Notes under the pieces: model-generated
What the model saw: only the letters and a program-made list of their open reading frames with translations
Database searches by the model: none
What the model was told of the DNA's origin: nothing
Part shown: positions 18,467-27,481 of the stretch, piece after piece
How positions within the stretch are numbered: position 1 is the first letter of the stretch
Layout: each line of letters begins with the position of its first letter
Assembly (NCBI GenBank): GCA_045546895.1
Contig: JAZQDS010000102.1
Coordinates: forward strand, 1 to 51,774
Direction of reading: 5' to 3'
DNA from: Eubacteriales bacterium
GTDB lineage: Bacteria; Bacillota; Clostridia; Oscillospirales; QAKW01
DNA length: 51,774 bases
Made by a program: the position numbers and the translations under genes

Positions 18467-18548
18467 GGTGCGGGCGACAGGACTTGAACCTGCACGCTTT
18501 CGGCAATAGATCCTAAATCTATCGTGTCTGCCATTCCACCACGCCCGC
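18466..18548 (-). tRNA. tRNA-Leu(TAG)
   Basis: GCGGGCG/CGCCCGC acceptor stem, A73 and CCA. Anticodon arm ATAGA-TTTAGGA-TCTAT. Long variable arm; GTTCAAG T-loop. Confidence 0.95.
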
Positions 18549-18585
18549 GATTGCCATATTATTTTATATTACTTTGGCGGGAATG

Positions 18586-19431
18586 TCAAGGGTTGATTGG
18601 CTGAACCGAGCGGCGATATTGGCCGGGGGTGAGGGCGGCCTCCCGCTTGAAGGCTATTGAAAAATATTGCGGGGTATCAAAGCAGAGCATTTCCGAGATC
18701 TCCGCAACGGTATAGCTTTCCTCCCGCAGCAGCCGCTTGGCCTCGCTGATTTTAAGGCGGCGGTAATATTCCATTACGCTTTGCCCCGTTTCCTGCTTAA
18801 AAAGATGGGAAAGGCGGGTCTTTCCATAATGCATCTGCTCGCAGAGCTCTGCCATCGAAAGGGTGCCGTAAATACGGCTATTGAGATAAAGGATAATCTC
18901 GCTCGGAAGATCCTGCGCAACCGGCGCAGCGCTGCGCTGCTGCAGCTCCCGATAAAGGGCGATCAGCAGCTGCTCCAGATAATTGCGGATCATCTGATCT
19001 CCGCCGGGAAGCGGATTAGGCAGGGGAGAGAGCCCGTTGGTTTCCATATCGTAGCAGGCGCTGGCCTCCCGCATAATACCTGAAATCAAAATCCGCAGCT
19101 GGGGCGGGAGCTGCAGCCGCAGATCGCGGAATTGCTCCATCGCAGGGGAGCGGGAGCTGAAAGAAATAATGAAAATATGCCCCTGATCCTGCCCATTACC
19201 CTCCGCACAATGAAAGGTTTTGGGCGCATGAAAAAGGATTTCTCCTGCAGAGGCCTGCCAATCTTCCTCGCCGTTGCGAGCGTGGATGGCTCCATTATCA
19301 ATATAAACAATTTCCCAAAAAGGATGCTCCTCCCCTTCAAAGCGGTAATCGGCATCGATTTCATAATAATGGATCGTTACCAGATCCTGAACACGAATCA
19401 GCGGCGCAGAGCGTTGATGGCGGTAGTTCAT
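18586..19431 (-). CDS. AraC family transcriptional regulator (cupin plus HTH)
   Basis: GEEHPFWEIVYID cupin; LFKQETGQS...EAKRLL...EISEMLCFDTPQYFS..FKR...TPGQYR. Confidence 0.93.
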   Translation of the reverse strand: MNYRHQRSAPLIRVQDLVTIHYYEIDADYRFEGEEHPFWEIVYIDNGAIHARNGEEDWQASAGEILFHAPKTFHCAEGNGQDQGHIFIISFSSRSPAMEQFRDLRLQLPPQLRILISGIMREASACYDMETNGLSPLPNPLPGGDQMIRNYLEQLLIALYRELQQRSAAPVAQDLPSEIILYLNSRIYGTLSMAELCEQMHYGKTRLSHLFKQETGQSVMEYYRRLKISEAKRLLREESYTVAEISEMLCFDTPQYFSIAFKREAALTPGQYRRSVQPINP

Positions 19432-19548
19432 AAAATACCTCTATTGATCAAAATTATAATGATTGTGAACAAAAACACATTTCTTTGCGGATGGATTTAA
19501 TATATCATAGAAATATCGAAAATGCAAGAAAAAAAGGAGGTTTTTTCA

Positions 19549-20556
19549 TTGCTGAAAGTTGCGATTCTCGGATATGGCGGTATTGCCCGCTCCCATCGAA
19601 AGGGTTATAATATTTTGGCGGAGCAGGGTGCGCCGGTAGAGCTGGTGGCTCTTTGCGATATTGATCCTGCCCAATTTGAGAAAGGGATTGTTATCAATTC
19701 CGGCGGCGATCAAAAGGAAGAGGCGCTGCCCTATCGTACTTATACCGATCTGGAGGAGATGCTGGAGAAGGAGGATTTGGATATCATTGATATCTGCCTG
19801 CCCACCTATCTTCATTGTGAATATGCAACCAAGCTGCTGCGGCGGGGCTATCATGTTCAGAGCGAGAAGCCGATGGGCCTCAATCAGGCAGAATGTGATG
19901 CCATGATGAAGGCAGCGGAGGAAAGCGGCAAAAAGCTGATGATCGGCATGTGCTTGCGCTTTGATGCGATGTATCTTGCCCTCAAAAAGATGATTGATGA
20001 GGAAACCTACGGCAAGGTGGAGAGTGCTTATTTCGAGCGGCTGAGCGATCTGCCGGTTTGGGGATTTGAGCAATGGTTCCAGGATTATAATAAGGCGGGC
20101 GGTGTTGCGCTGGATATGCATATCCATGATGTTGATATGGTGCGCTATCTCTTTGGCGAGCCCAAGGCAGTAAGCGCGGTTACCAACGATGCCAAAACCA
20201 AATGCACCACCATCCATAGCCGCTTCCTTTATGAGGATAAGCTGGTCTTTGCTATCGGCGATTGGGGTCGTAGCAACAGCACAAAATTCGGTTTTTCCTG
20301 CAAGATGAACTTTGAGCGGGCATCCATTGAGATGGATACCAAGGAGATCAGGGTTTTCCCGCAGGATGGCGAGCCGTTTGTTTTGGATGTTGATAAAACC
20401 AATCATATGGCGGAGGAAATTCATTTCTTTGCTCGCACCATCTTGGGCGAGATTGAAAACACCTGCAATACTCCGGCGGATGCGGCGGGAAGCGTTCGCT
20501 TGGTTGATAAATTGATGGAAAGTGCTGCGAATAACGGCGCGTTTGTGGAGGTATAA
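19549..20556 (+). CDS. Gfo/Idh/MocA family oxidoreductase
   Basis: AAGGAGG precedes TTG; VAILGYGGIA, ICLPTYLH, SEKP, DMHIHDVD. Confidence 0.92.
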   Translation: MLKVAILGYGGIARSHRKGYNILAEQGAPVELVALCDIDPAQFEKGIVINSGGDQKEEALPYRTYTDLEEMLEKEDLDIIDICLPTYLHCEYATKLLRRGYHVQSEKPMGLNQAECDAMMKAAEESGKKLMIGMCLRFDAMYLALKKMIDEETYGKVESAYFERLSDLPVWGFEQWFQDYNKAGGVALDMHIHDVDMVRYLFGEPKAVSAVTNDAKTKCTTIHSRFLYEDKLVFAIGDWGRSNSTKFGFSCKMNFERASIEMDTKEIRVFPQDGEPFVLDVDKTNHMAEEIHFFARTILGEIENTCNTPADAAGSVRLVDKLMESAANNGAFVEV

Positions 20557-20559
20557 GCC

Positions 20560-21387
20560 ATGCAAATCGGTGTTATGATCCCGGTAAGGGAAGATACAAA
20601 CATTCTGGAAGAATTGAAGAAGGTACGGGAGCTGGAGCTGCAATCTTGCCAGATCAGCATTTGGAATCCCGATTTTTATACCGATGCCTTTGCTGCCGAG
20701 ATCAATGCGGCAGTTGCGGAGACCGGCATCGTTGTAAGCACCCTTTGGGCGGGCTACAGCGGCCCTGTTGAATGGAATTTCACCTATGGCCCCCTTACCG
20801 CAGGGCTGGTGCCGCAGGCTTATCGCGGCATCCGCGAAAAGGAATTGCTGATGGCTTCGGAATTTGCTGCCAAGATTCATGTGGATAAGATCGCCACCCA
20901 TGTCGGCTTTCTGCCGGAAAATTATTTTGATCCCGATTTCCGCGGGACGGTAGGCGCCCTGCGCAAGATCTGCACGGTCATGAAGGAACGAGAGCAATAT
21001 TTCCTCTTTGAGACCGGTCAGGAAACCCCTGTTACTGTTTTGCGCGCCATTGAGGAGATCGGGCTGGATAATGTTGGAATCAATTTCGATACCGCCAACC
21101 TGATGCTTTACGGCAAGGGCAATTCCGCCGATGCGATTTTGGTATTCGGCAAATATATCATGGATCTTCATATTAAGGACGGCTGCTATCCTACCGATGG
21201 CAAAAAGCTCGGTAAGGAGCTGCCCGCAGGCGAAGGGCTGGCTAATTTCCCGCTGATTCTCAAGCGGCTGAAGGAATGCGGCTATACCGGCCCCTATACC
21301 ATTGAGCGCGAGATTAAAGGTGATCAGCAGATTGCTGATATTAAGCTGGCGCGGGATATGCTGCTGGAGATTGAAAAAACCTTATAA
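20560..21387 (+). CDS. Sugar phosphate isomerase/epimerase (xylose-isomerase-like TIM barrel)
   Basis: FETGQE, INFDTAN, LHIKDG, YTIERE metal-ligand motifs. Confidence 0.88.
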   Translation: MQIGVMIPVREDTNILEELKKVRELELQSCQISIWNPDFYTDAFAAEINAAVAETGIVVSTLWAGYSGPVEWNFTYGPLTAGLVPQAYRGIREKELLMASEFAAKIHVDKIATHVGFLPENYFDPDFRGTVGALRKICTVMKEREQYFLFETGQETPVTVLRAIEEIGLDNVGINFDTANLMLYGKGNSADAILVFGKYIMDLHIKDGCYPTDGKKLGKELPAGEGLANFPLILKRLKECGYTGPYTIEREIKGDQQIADIKLARDMLLEIEKTL

Positions 21388-21392
21388 AGAAT

Positions 21393-21429
21393 ATACCCTT
21401 AGGCGTTTTTAAGCCTAAGGGTATTTTTT
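21393..21429. terminator. Terminator between convergent genes
   Basis: ATACCCTTAGGC-GTTTTTAA-GCCTAAGGGTAT followed by a T run. Confidence 0.85.
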
Positions 21430-21538
21430 AATCTTCAAAGCCGATGAGCAAGCCGCCCTCTTCGGCATAAAAGCTGCAAAGGGCGCCGCTCAGTTCAAAA
21501 AGATTGGAGGCGGAGTCGGAAATAATCTTATAATTCAT
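21428..21538 (-). pseudogene. Internally deleted DegV-family gene (36-codon in-frame N-to-C fusion)
   Basis: MNYKIISDSASNLFELSG|ALCSFYAEEGGLLIGFED*. KIISDS is the DegV N-terminal motif; LCSFYAE.GGLLIGFE resembles clostridial DegV C-termini. GAAAGGTG RBS. Confidence 0.75.
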
Positions 21539-21568
21539 AAAAATACACCTTTCTTTTGGTTTTGCTCT

Positions 21569-21597
21569 ATTATATGAATCCGAAAAAACTTTTTCAA
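21569..21597 (-). promoter_or_regulatory. sigma-A promoter of the degV remnant
   Basis: Minus strand TTGAAA, 17-nt spacer, TATAAT. Confidence 0.7.
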
Positions 21598-21694
21598 GAA
21601 TTATGAAAGAAGCTTAATATTAACATTTTTTAACAAAAGCTCTTTTTTTATAAAGGAATTTCGTATATAATAGAATAAAGTGAGGTGTTTCATT

Positions 21695-22378
21695 ATGAAA
21701 AAAGAAGAGATTTTAAAGGCTGTTGATCATACCCTTTTGAAGCCCGAGAGCACCTGGGCGCAGATTCAAGGGATTATTGAGGATGGCATTCAATATCAGA
21801 CCGCTTCGGTCTGCATTCCAGCCTCCTTTGTTCGGGAGGCGGCGGAATATGCCCAAGGAAGGATTGCAATCTGCACAGTGATTGGCTTTCCTTGCGGCTA
21901 TTCCACTACCGCCGCAAAATGCTTTGAAGCCAAGGATGCGATCCAAAACGGGGCCGATGAGATCGATATGGTTATCAATATCGGCTGGGTTAAGGATCAA
22001 AAATGGGAGGCCCTGCGGGAGGAAATCCGCGCGGTGAAAGAGGCCTGCGGCGGGAAGCTTTTGAAGGTTATTATTGAGACCTGCCTGCTGACCGAAGAAG
22101 AAAAGATCATGATGTGTAAAATCGTTGGCGAAGCAGGCGCCGATTTTATCAAAACCTCTACCGGCTTTTCCAGCGGCGGCGCCACTCGCGAGGATATTGC
22201 CCTTTTTGCCGCCCATACTGCGCCGGAACTCCGCATCAAGGCGGCGGGCGGGATCCGTTCCTTGCAGGATGCGGAGGATATGATGGCATTGGGCGCCGAG
22301 CGGCTGGGTACCAGCGCGATTGTGAAACTCATCAAGGAGGAGCAAAAAGATGGCCAATTATCCGACACCGCATATTAA
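21695..22378 (+). CDS. deoC: Deoxyribose-phosphate aldolase
   Basis: DHTLLKP, TVIGFP, GADEIDMVIN, LKVIIET, FIKTSTGF, KAAGGIR. Confidence 0.96.
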   Translation: MKKEEILKAVDHTLLKPESTWAQIQGIIEDGIQYQTASVCIPASFVREAAEYAQGRIAICTVIGFPCGYSTTAAKCFEAKDAIQNGADEIDMVINIGWVKDQKWEALREEIRAVKEACGGKLLKVIIETCLLTEEEKIMMCKIVGEAGADFIKTSTGFSSGGATREDIALFAAHTAPELRIKAAGGIRSLQDAEDMMALGAERLGTSAIVKLIKEEQKDGQLSDTAY

Positions 22379-23069
22379 TGCCAAGCCCGAGGATTTCGCC
22401 AAAACGGTATTGATGCCGGGCGATCCGCTGCGGGCAAAATTTATTGCGGAAAATTTTTTAAAAAATGCGGAATTAATCAATAATGTGCGGGGCGTTCAGG
22501 GCTATACCGGCAGCTGGCAGGGCGAGAAAATCTCTGTTATGGCAAGCGGGATGGGGATGCCCTCCATCGGCATTTACAGCTATGAACTTTTTGAATTTTT
22601 CGGGGTGGATCAGATTATTCGGGTCGGCTCCGCGGGGGCGCTGCATCAATCTCTGAAGGTAAGGGATATTGTTTTAGGAGCAGGCGCCTGCACCAATTCC
22701 GATTATGCCCGTCAATTTCGGCTGCGGGGCAGCTTTGCGCCCATTGCCGATTTCGGGCTTTTGCAGAAATGTGCCGCCGAAGCGGAGAGGATGGGACTCT
22801 CCTATCATGTTGGCAATCTGCTTTCCTCCGATACCTTTTATGACGCCGCCGATGGTGATACGCTGGCCTGGGGCAAGATGGGCGTTTTGGCGGTTGAAAT
22901 GGAGGCGGCAGCGCTTTATATGAATGCGGCGCGCTGCGGTAAGCGTGCGCTTGCTATCTGCACCATCTCCGATTCTCTGGTAACGGGCGAGGCGACCTCC
23001 GCCGAGGAGCGCCAGAATTCCTTTACCGATATGATGGAGCTTGCGCTGGCTACGGCGGTGAAAAAATGA
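22350..23069 (+). CDS. deoD: Purine nucleoside phosphorylase (DeoD type)
   Basis: PTPHINA, MPGDPLRAKFIA, GMGMPSIGIY, VEMEAA. Confidence 0.96.
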   Translation: MANYPTPHINAKPEDFAKTVLMPGDPLRAKFIAENFLKNAELINNVRGVQGYTGSWQGEKISVMASGMGMPSIGIYSYELFEFFGVDQIIRVGSAGALHQSLKVRDIVLGAGACTNSDYARQFRLRGSFAPIADFGLLQKCAAEAERMGLSYHVGNLLSSDTFYDAADGDTLAWGKMGVLAVEMEAAALYMNAARCGKRALAICTISDSLVTGEATSAEERQNSFTDMMELALATAVKK

Positions 23070-24208
23070 AGGTATTTTTAATTGTTTTGGATAGCTTAGG
23101 CGCGGGAGCATTGCCCGATGCCGCCGATTTCGGCGATTGCGGAGCCCATACCCTGAAAAGCATTTCCGGCGAAAAGGAATTTTCCATCCCCAATTTGCTG
23201 AAATTAGGGCTTGGAAAGATTGAGGGGCTGGAATTTTTAGGGGGCGAGGCTGCGCCCTGCGCTGCCTACGGCCGCGCCAAGGAGCGTTCCTGCGGCAAGG
23301 ATACAACGGTAGGCCATTGGGAATTGGCAGGGCTGATTTCAAAGGAGCCGCTGCCGACCTTTCCCGAGGGCTTCCCCGAAGAGTTACTTCAAAAAATCAG
23401 GGAAGCGACCGGCCGCGAAATCCTTTGCAATTTGCCCTATTCGGGGACAGAGGTTATCCGCGATTACGGCGAAAGGATGATGGAGAGCGGCGGGCTGATA
23501 ATCTATACCTCGGCCGACAGCGTTTTGCAGATCGCTGCTCACGAAGAGATTATTCCGCCGGAAGAACTTTATGAGATCTGCCGCAAGGTGAGAAAAATAG
23601 CCGCCGGCCCCTGGGGCGTTGGGCGGATTATTGCCCGCCCCTTTATCGGGAAGGTAGGTGATTTCCGCCGCACCGCCAATCGGCGGGATTTTTCCCTGGA
23701 GCCTGCCGGAGAAACCCTTTTGGATGTGCTGCAGGCGAAAGGGGTTTATACCGTATCCATCGGTAAAATTTTTGATATTTTTGCGGGGCGGGGAATTGAC
23801 CGGTCCATCCCAACTCACGGAAACTGCGAGGGGATGGCGGCCTGCGAGGCGCTGGCCCGCGAGGATTTTGATAGCTTTGTGTTTTTGAATCTGGTTGATT
23901 TCGATATGCTTTACGGTCATCGGCAGGATGCGGCGGGCTATGCGGCCGCCCTTTCGGAATTTGATGAATGGCTGGGGCATTTTTTGCTGCTGTTGGACGA
24001 GGAGGATCGGCTGATCATTACCGCGGATCATGGCTGCGATCCCGCCGATCAGAGCACAGATCATACCCGCGAATATATCCCCATTCTGGCCTATGGTGAG
24101 GGGATTGCGCCCTGCGCGCTGGGTACGCGCGAAAGCTTTTGCGATATTGGGCAAACAATCGCTGCATGGTTTGGGGCAGCGTTGAATGAAGGAGAAAAGA
24201 TGTTATGA
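23066..24208 (+). CDS. deoB: Phosphopentomutase
   Basis: IVLDSLG, GKDTTVGHWE, YTSADSV, NLVDFDMLYGHR, TADHGCDP, TDHTRE. Confidence 0.96.
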   Translation: MKVFLIVLDSLGAGALPDAADFGDCGAHTLKSISGEKEFSIPNLLKLGLGKIEGLEFLGGEAAPCAAYGRAKERSCGKDTTVGHWELAGLISKEPLPTFPEGFPEELLQKIREATGREILCNLPYSGTEVIRDYGERMMESGGLIIYTSADSVLQIAAHEEIIPPEELYEICRKVRKIAAGPWGVGRIIARPFIGKVGDFRRTANRRDFSLEPAGETLLDVLQAKGVYTVSIGKIFDIFAGRGIDRSIPTHGNCEGMAACEALAREDFDSFVFLNLVDFDMLYGHRQDAAGYAAALSEFDEWLGHFLLLLDEEDRLIITADHGCDPADQSTDHTREYIPILAYGEGIAPCALGTRESFCDIGQTIAAWFGAALNEGEKML

Positions 24209-24612
24209 CCGATCGGGCTTTATTGGATCTTGCGCTGCAAGCGCGGGAAAAGGCTTATGCGCCCTATTCCCGCTATCGGGTAGGAGCGGCTTTGCTGGCC
24301 GCAGACGGGCAGGTATTTCTTGGCTGTAATATGGAGAATGCCTCTTATTCCGCGACCCTTTGCGCCGAGCGGGCCGCCTTTGCGGCGGCGATCGCTGCGG
24401 GGGCGACCTCCTTTGAGGCCATTGCCATTGCGGGCGGAAGCGGGGAGGAAGCGGATGCAGAAACCCCGCCCTGCGGCGTTTGCAGGCAGGTTATGGCGGA
24501 ATTTTGTAAGGAAGATTTTGCTGTTATTTTAGGAAATCGGCATAAGATAGCGCGCCATACCCTCGGCGCGCTTTTGCCGATGGCCTTTGGCGCAGCCCAA
24601 TTGGAGGAATGA
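24205..24612 (+). CDS. cdd: Cytidine deaminase
   Basis: AYAPYS, GCNMENASY, CAER, PCGVCRQ. Confidence 0.96.
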   Translation: MTDRALLDLALQAREKAYAPYSRYRVGAALLAADGQVFLGCNMENASYSATLCAERAAFAAAIAAGATSFEAIAIAGGSGEEADAETPPCGVCRQVMAEFCKEDFAVILGNRHKIARHTLGALLPMAFGAAQLEE

Positions 24613-25925
24613 AGATGCGGGCAGTAGATTTGATTGAAAAGAAAAAACAAGGCCAAGCTTTATCGGCGGAGGAAATTCAATTCCTGATCCGCGGCTTTAC
24701 CGCGGGCGAGATCCCCGATTATCAGATGGCGGCCTTGGCGATGGCGGTATGCTTTCAATCGATGAGCAGCGAGGAAACCGCCGCGCTGACTGCCGCAATG
24801 GCGGAAAGTGGAGAGCAGGTGGATCTGGCGGCCTTTGGAGGCCGCTCGATGGATAAGCACAGCACCGGCGGGGTTGGGGATAAAACCACCCTGATTGTTG
24901 CGCCGATTGCCGCCGCTTGCGGAGGGGTTGTTGCCAAAATGAGCGGCAGAGGGCTGGGTCATACCGGCGGAACGGTGGATAAGCTGGAATCTATCCCCGG
25001 CTATCAAACCGAGCTTTCTTCCGATCAATTTATGCGTCAAGCGGAAGCGGTTGGCTTGGTTGTTGCCGGGCAGAGCGGAAATCTGGCGCCTGCCGATAAA
25101 AAGCTTTATGCGCTGCGGGATGTTACCGCAACAGTCAATTCCATTCCGCTGATTGCCTCCAGCATTATGAGCAAAAAAATTGCTGCCGGCTCGAAAAACA
25201 TCGTTTTGGATGTAAAGAGCGGCAGCGGCGCTTTCATGAAAAGCCTTGAGGATGCGGAGCAGCTGGCGGAGGAGATGGTAAAAATCGGCAGCGCCTGCGG
25301 CAGGCGGGTAACCGCCCTGATTACCAATATGGATCTCCCGTTGGGGAATGCTATCGGCAATGCTTTGGAGGTGGAGGAGGCTTTATCCCTATTGCGGGGG
25401 GAAGGGCCTTCCGATTTAAGGGAGGTATGCCTTGCGCTGGCATCGGAGATGATCGCCCTTAGCGGCGATATTTCCGCCGAGCAGGCCCGCGAAAAAGCGG
25501 AGCAGGCCCTTTGCAGCGGCGCTGCTTTAGAGAAGATGGAGCAATGGATTGCGGCGCAGGGGGGCGATCTTGCGGCGTTTAAAGCCCATCGCCAAAGCGT
25601 AAGCCTGCGGGAACATTGCGTTGCGGCGCCCTGCGATGGCTACCTTTGCGCCATGGATGCGGAATCCATCGGCAAGGCGGCGATGCTTTTAGGGGCGGGC
25701 CGCGCCACCAAGGAGGATAGCATCGATTACGATGCAGGAATGATCCTTTTGAAAAAAACAGGCGATCTTTTGAAAAAAGGAGAGCCGATCGCTCGCTTTT
25801 ATACCGCCGATGAGCGTTCGTTTGATGCGGCGGAGCAATGCTATCTGCAAGGGCTGACCTTTGGCGCGAAAAAGCCTGCGCTACAGCCCTTGATTTTAAA
25901 GAAAATTAGCGCAAAAACAAAATAG
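24609..25925 (+). CDS. pdp: Pyrimidine-nucleoside phosphorylase
   Basis: DKHSTGGVGDK, KMSGRGLGHTGGT, LYALRDVT, SIMSKK. Confidence 0.95.
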   Translation: MKMRAVDLIEKKKQGQALSAEEIQFLIRGFTAGEIPDYQMAALAMAVCFQSMSSEETAALTAAMAESGEQVDLAAFGGRSMDKHSTGGVGDKTTLIVAPIAAACGGVVAKMSGRGLGHTGGTVDKLESIPGYQTELSSDQFMRQAEAVGLVVAGQSGNLAPADKKLYALRDVTATVNSIPLIASSIMSKKIAAGSKNIVLDVKSGSGAFMKSLEDAEQLAEEMVKIGSACGRRVTALITNMDLPLGNAIGNALEVEEALSLLRGEGPSDLREVCLALASEMIALSGDISAEQAREKAEQALCSGAALEKMEQWIAAQGGDLAAFKAHRQSVSLREHCVAAPCDGYLCAMDAESIGKAAMLLGAGRATKEDSIDYDAGMILLKKTGDLLKKGEPIARFYTADERSFDAAEQCYLQGLTFGAKKPALQPLILKKISAKTK

Positions 25926-26020
25926 GTGTAATTTTACACCTCTAATAAAAAGGTCAATTTTTCGCATTGGAATGCCGTATTTAGGGTTATCCGAAGCAAT
26001 GAAAGGGGGAAACGCGCAAA

Positions 26021-26821
26021 ATGATTTTCCTGCAATGCCCTGTTTGCAGGGAGGCGCTGATGCGTCGAGAAAAAGAATATGCTTGCTCGCGGGGGCATCG
26101 GTTTGATATTGCGCGGCAGGGCTATGTAAATCTATTGCTAAGCCAGCGCTCCTCCGCCCGAAGCCATGGGGATGATAAAGGGATGATTGCTGCCCGCCGC
26201 GCCTTTTTGGAGCGGGGGCATTACCGCCCGCTGCGGGAGCTTTTGCAAGAAAAGGTGTATTTCTATACTAAAAAAGAAGGCATCCTTTTGGATGCCGGCT
26301 GCGGGGAGGGATGGTATACCGAGGGGCTTTCGGAGGCCTATACTGTGATCGGATTTGATATCTCGAAGGATGCTTTGAGATGGGCTGCAAAGCGAGGAGG
26401 CTTTACTCATCTGGCGGTGGCGAGCTGCTATGGGATGCCGATCGCTGATGACAGCGCCGATGGGCTTTTGAATTTCTTTTCTCCCTTGGCCGCGCAGGAA
26501 TATGCCCGCGTATTGAAGCGCGGCGGCCATCTTTTCAGAGCAGTGCCCGGAGAGCGGCATTTATGGGAATTAAAGGCGGCAGTATATGAAACGCCGTTGC
26601 CAAACCGCCCTGAGCCGGAGGATCTGGCGGGCTTTCGGCTGCTGGAGCGGATCCCGATCCGCTGCGAAATTGCTTTGGATAGCAATGAGGAATTGCAAGC
26701 CTTATTTCAGATGACGCCTTATTATTATCGTACCTCGCCGCAGGATCGGGCGAAGCTTGCAAAGTATAATTCCTTTACAACCGATGCGGAATTTACATTA
26801 TTGATTTATGAAAAAGAATAA
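26021..26821 (+). CDS. RlmA-like 23S rRNA m1G methyltransferase
   Basis: CPVC...C..GHRFDIARQGYVNLL Zn finger, HGDD, LDAGCGEG, MTPY. Confidence 0.88.
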   Translation: MIFLQCPVCREALMRREKEYACSRGHRFDIARQGYVNLLLSQRSSARSHGDDKGMIAARRAFLERGHYRPLRELLQEKVYFYTKKEGILLDAGCGEGWYTEGLSEAYTVIGFDISKDALRWAAKRGGFTHLAVASCYGMPIADDSADGLLNFFSPLAAQEYARVLKRGGHLFRAVPGERHLWELKAAVYETPLPNRPEPEDLAGFRLLERIPIRCEIALDSNEELQALFQMTPYYYRTSPQDRAKLAKYNSFTTDAEFTLLIYEKE

Positions 26822-26853
26822 GCGCCTCAGGAGGAGCCTGAGGCGCTTATTTT
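26817..26853. terminator. Bidirectional terminator
   Basis: AATAAGCGCCTCAGG-AGGAG-CCTGAGGCGCTTATT. Confidence 0.85.
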
Positions 26854-27349
26854 ATTTAAGCATAAGAAGTTTTTTTAAAAATCGGTTGCTTTGGATCATC
26901 CGCATAAAGGGAACGCCCAGCGCGAAGCAAACGATAAATTCGCTGATGGCAATCTCGCCCATCATGGTCAGCCAAGGGAGCCATTCAAAACGGCCGAGGG
27001 TCATAAAGGTCAGCATCGTTCCGATGATCAGCCCATTGAAGAGAATCGGCCAGATCGGCGCGATCAGCAGATGCTTGCTGCGGTAGGTAAAATAGGCGGC
27101 GATCAGTGTTGCAAAACTGCCGAAGATTACATCCCAAATCGAAGAAAAGAGCAGATTGGAGATAAGGCAGCCGAGGGTTACGCCCGGAATCGCCCAAGGG
27201 GTAAAGAAGGGCAGCAGCGTCAGCAGCTCGGAGATGCGAAATTGGATGGGACCAAAGGCAAGCTGCCCAAAGGGAAGGGTAAAAACAACGTAGAGGGCAG
27301 CAATCAGCCCCGAGGCAACAAGACCCGCAAGGGGGATTTTCTTTTTCAT
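26852..27349 (-). CDS. queT: QueT family queuosine-precursor transporter (ECF S component)
   Basis: IAALYVVFT...AFGPIQFRISELL...GVTLGCLISN...DVIFGSFAT. Confidence 0.9.
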   Translation of the reverse strand: MKKKIPLAGLVASGLIAALYVVFTLPFGQLAFGPIQFRISELLTLLPFFTPWAIPGVTLGCLISNLLFSSIWDVIFGSFATLIAAYFTYRSKHLLIAPIWPILFNGLIIGTMLTFMTLGRFEWLPWLTMMGEIAISEFIVCFALGVPFMRMIQSNRFLKKLLMLK

Positions 27350-27357
27350 ATTAAATT

Positions 27358-27403
27358 CTCCTTAGTAAATATTTTAAGTCCGGATAGGAATCTCGACGGA
27401 CTC
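27358..27403 (-). ncRNA. Candidate preQ1 (class I-like) translational riboswitch
   Basis: Minus strand AGTCCG-TCGAGATTCCTATC-CGGACT, then an A-rich tail ending ACTAAGGAG. Loop TTCCT can pair with the SD AGGAG. Directly upstream of queT. Confidence 0.55.
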
Positions 27404-27481
27404 AAACAGTTGAAACAGGCGCCTTTTAGCCGCTCTGTTTGAACCGTTTAGCGATCAATCATTAAATTCGGCGCCAAAAGC

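Noticed and set aside
24609..25925. Genetic-code reassignment of AGT, suggested by the ACU tRNA
   Set aside because: In a spot check, AGT encodes the expected Ser in Pdp (MAESG) and CGG encodes a conserved Arg in MazF; the standard code fits. Not tested genome-wide.
25924..25941. Inverted repeat AGGTGTAA-TT-TTACACCT after pdp
   Set aside because: Could be a weak terminator or an operator; no second copy found to support a call.
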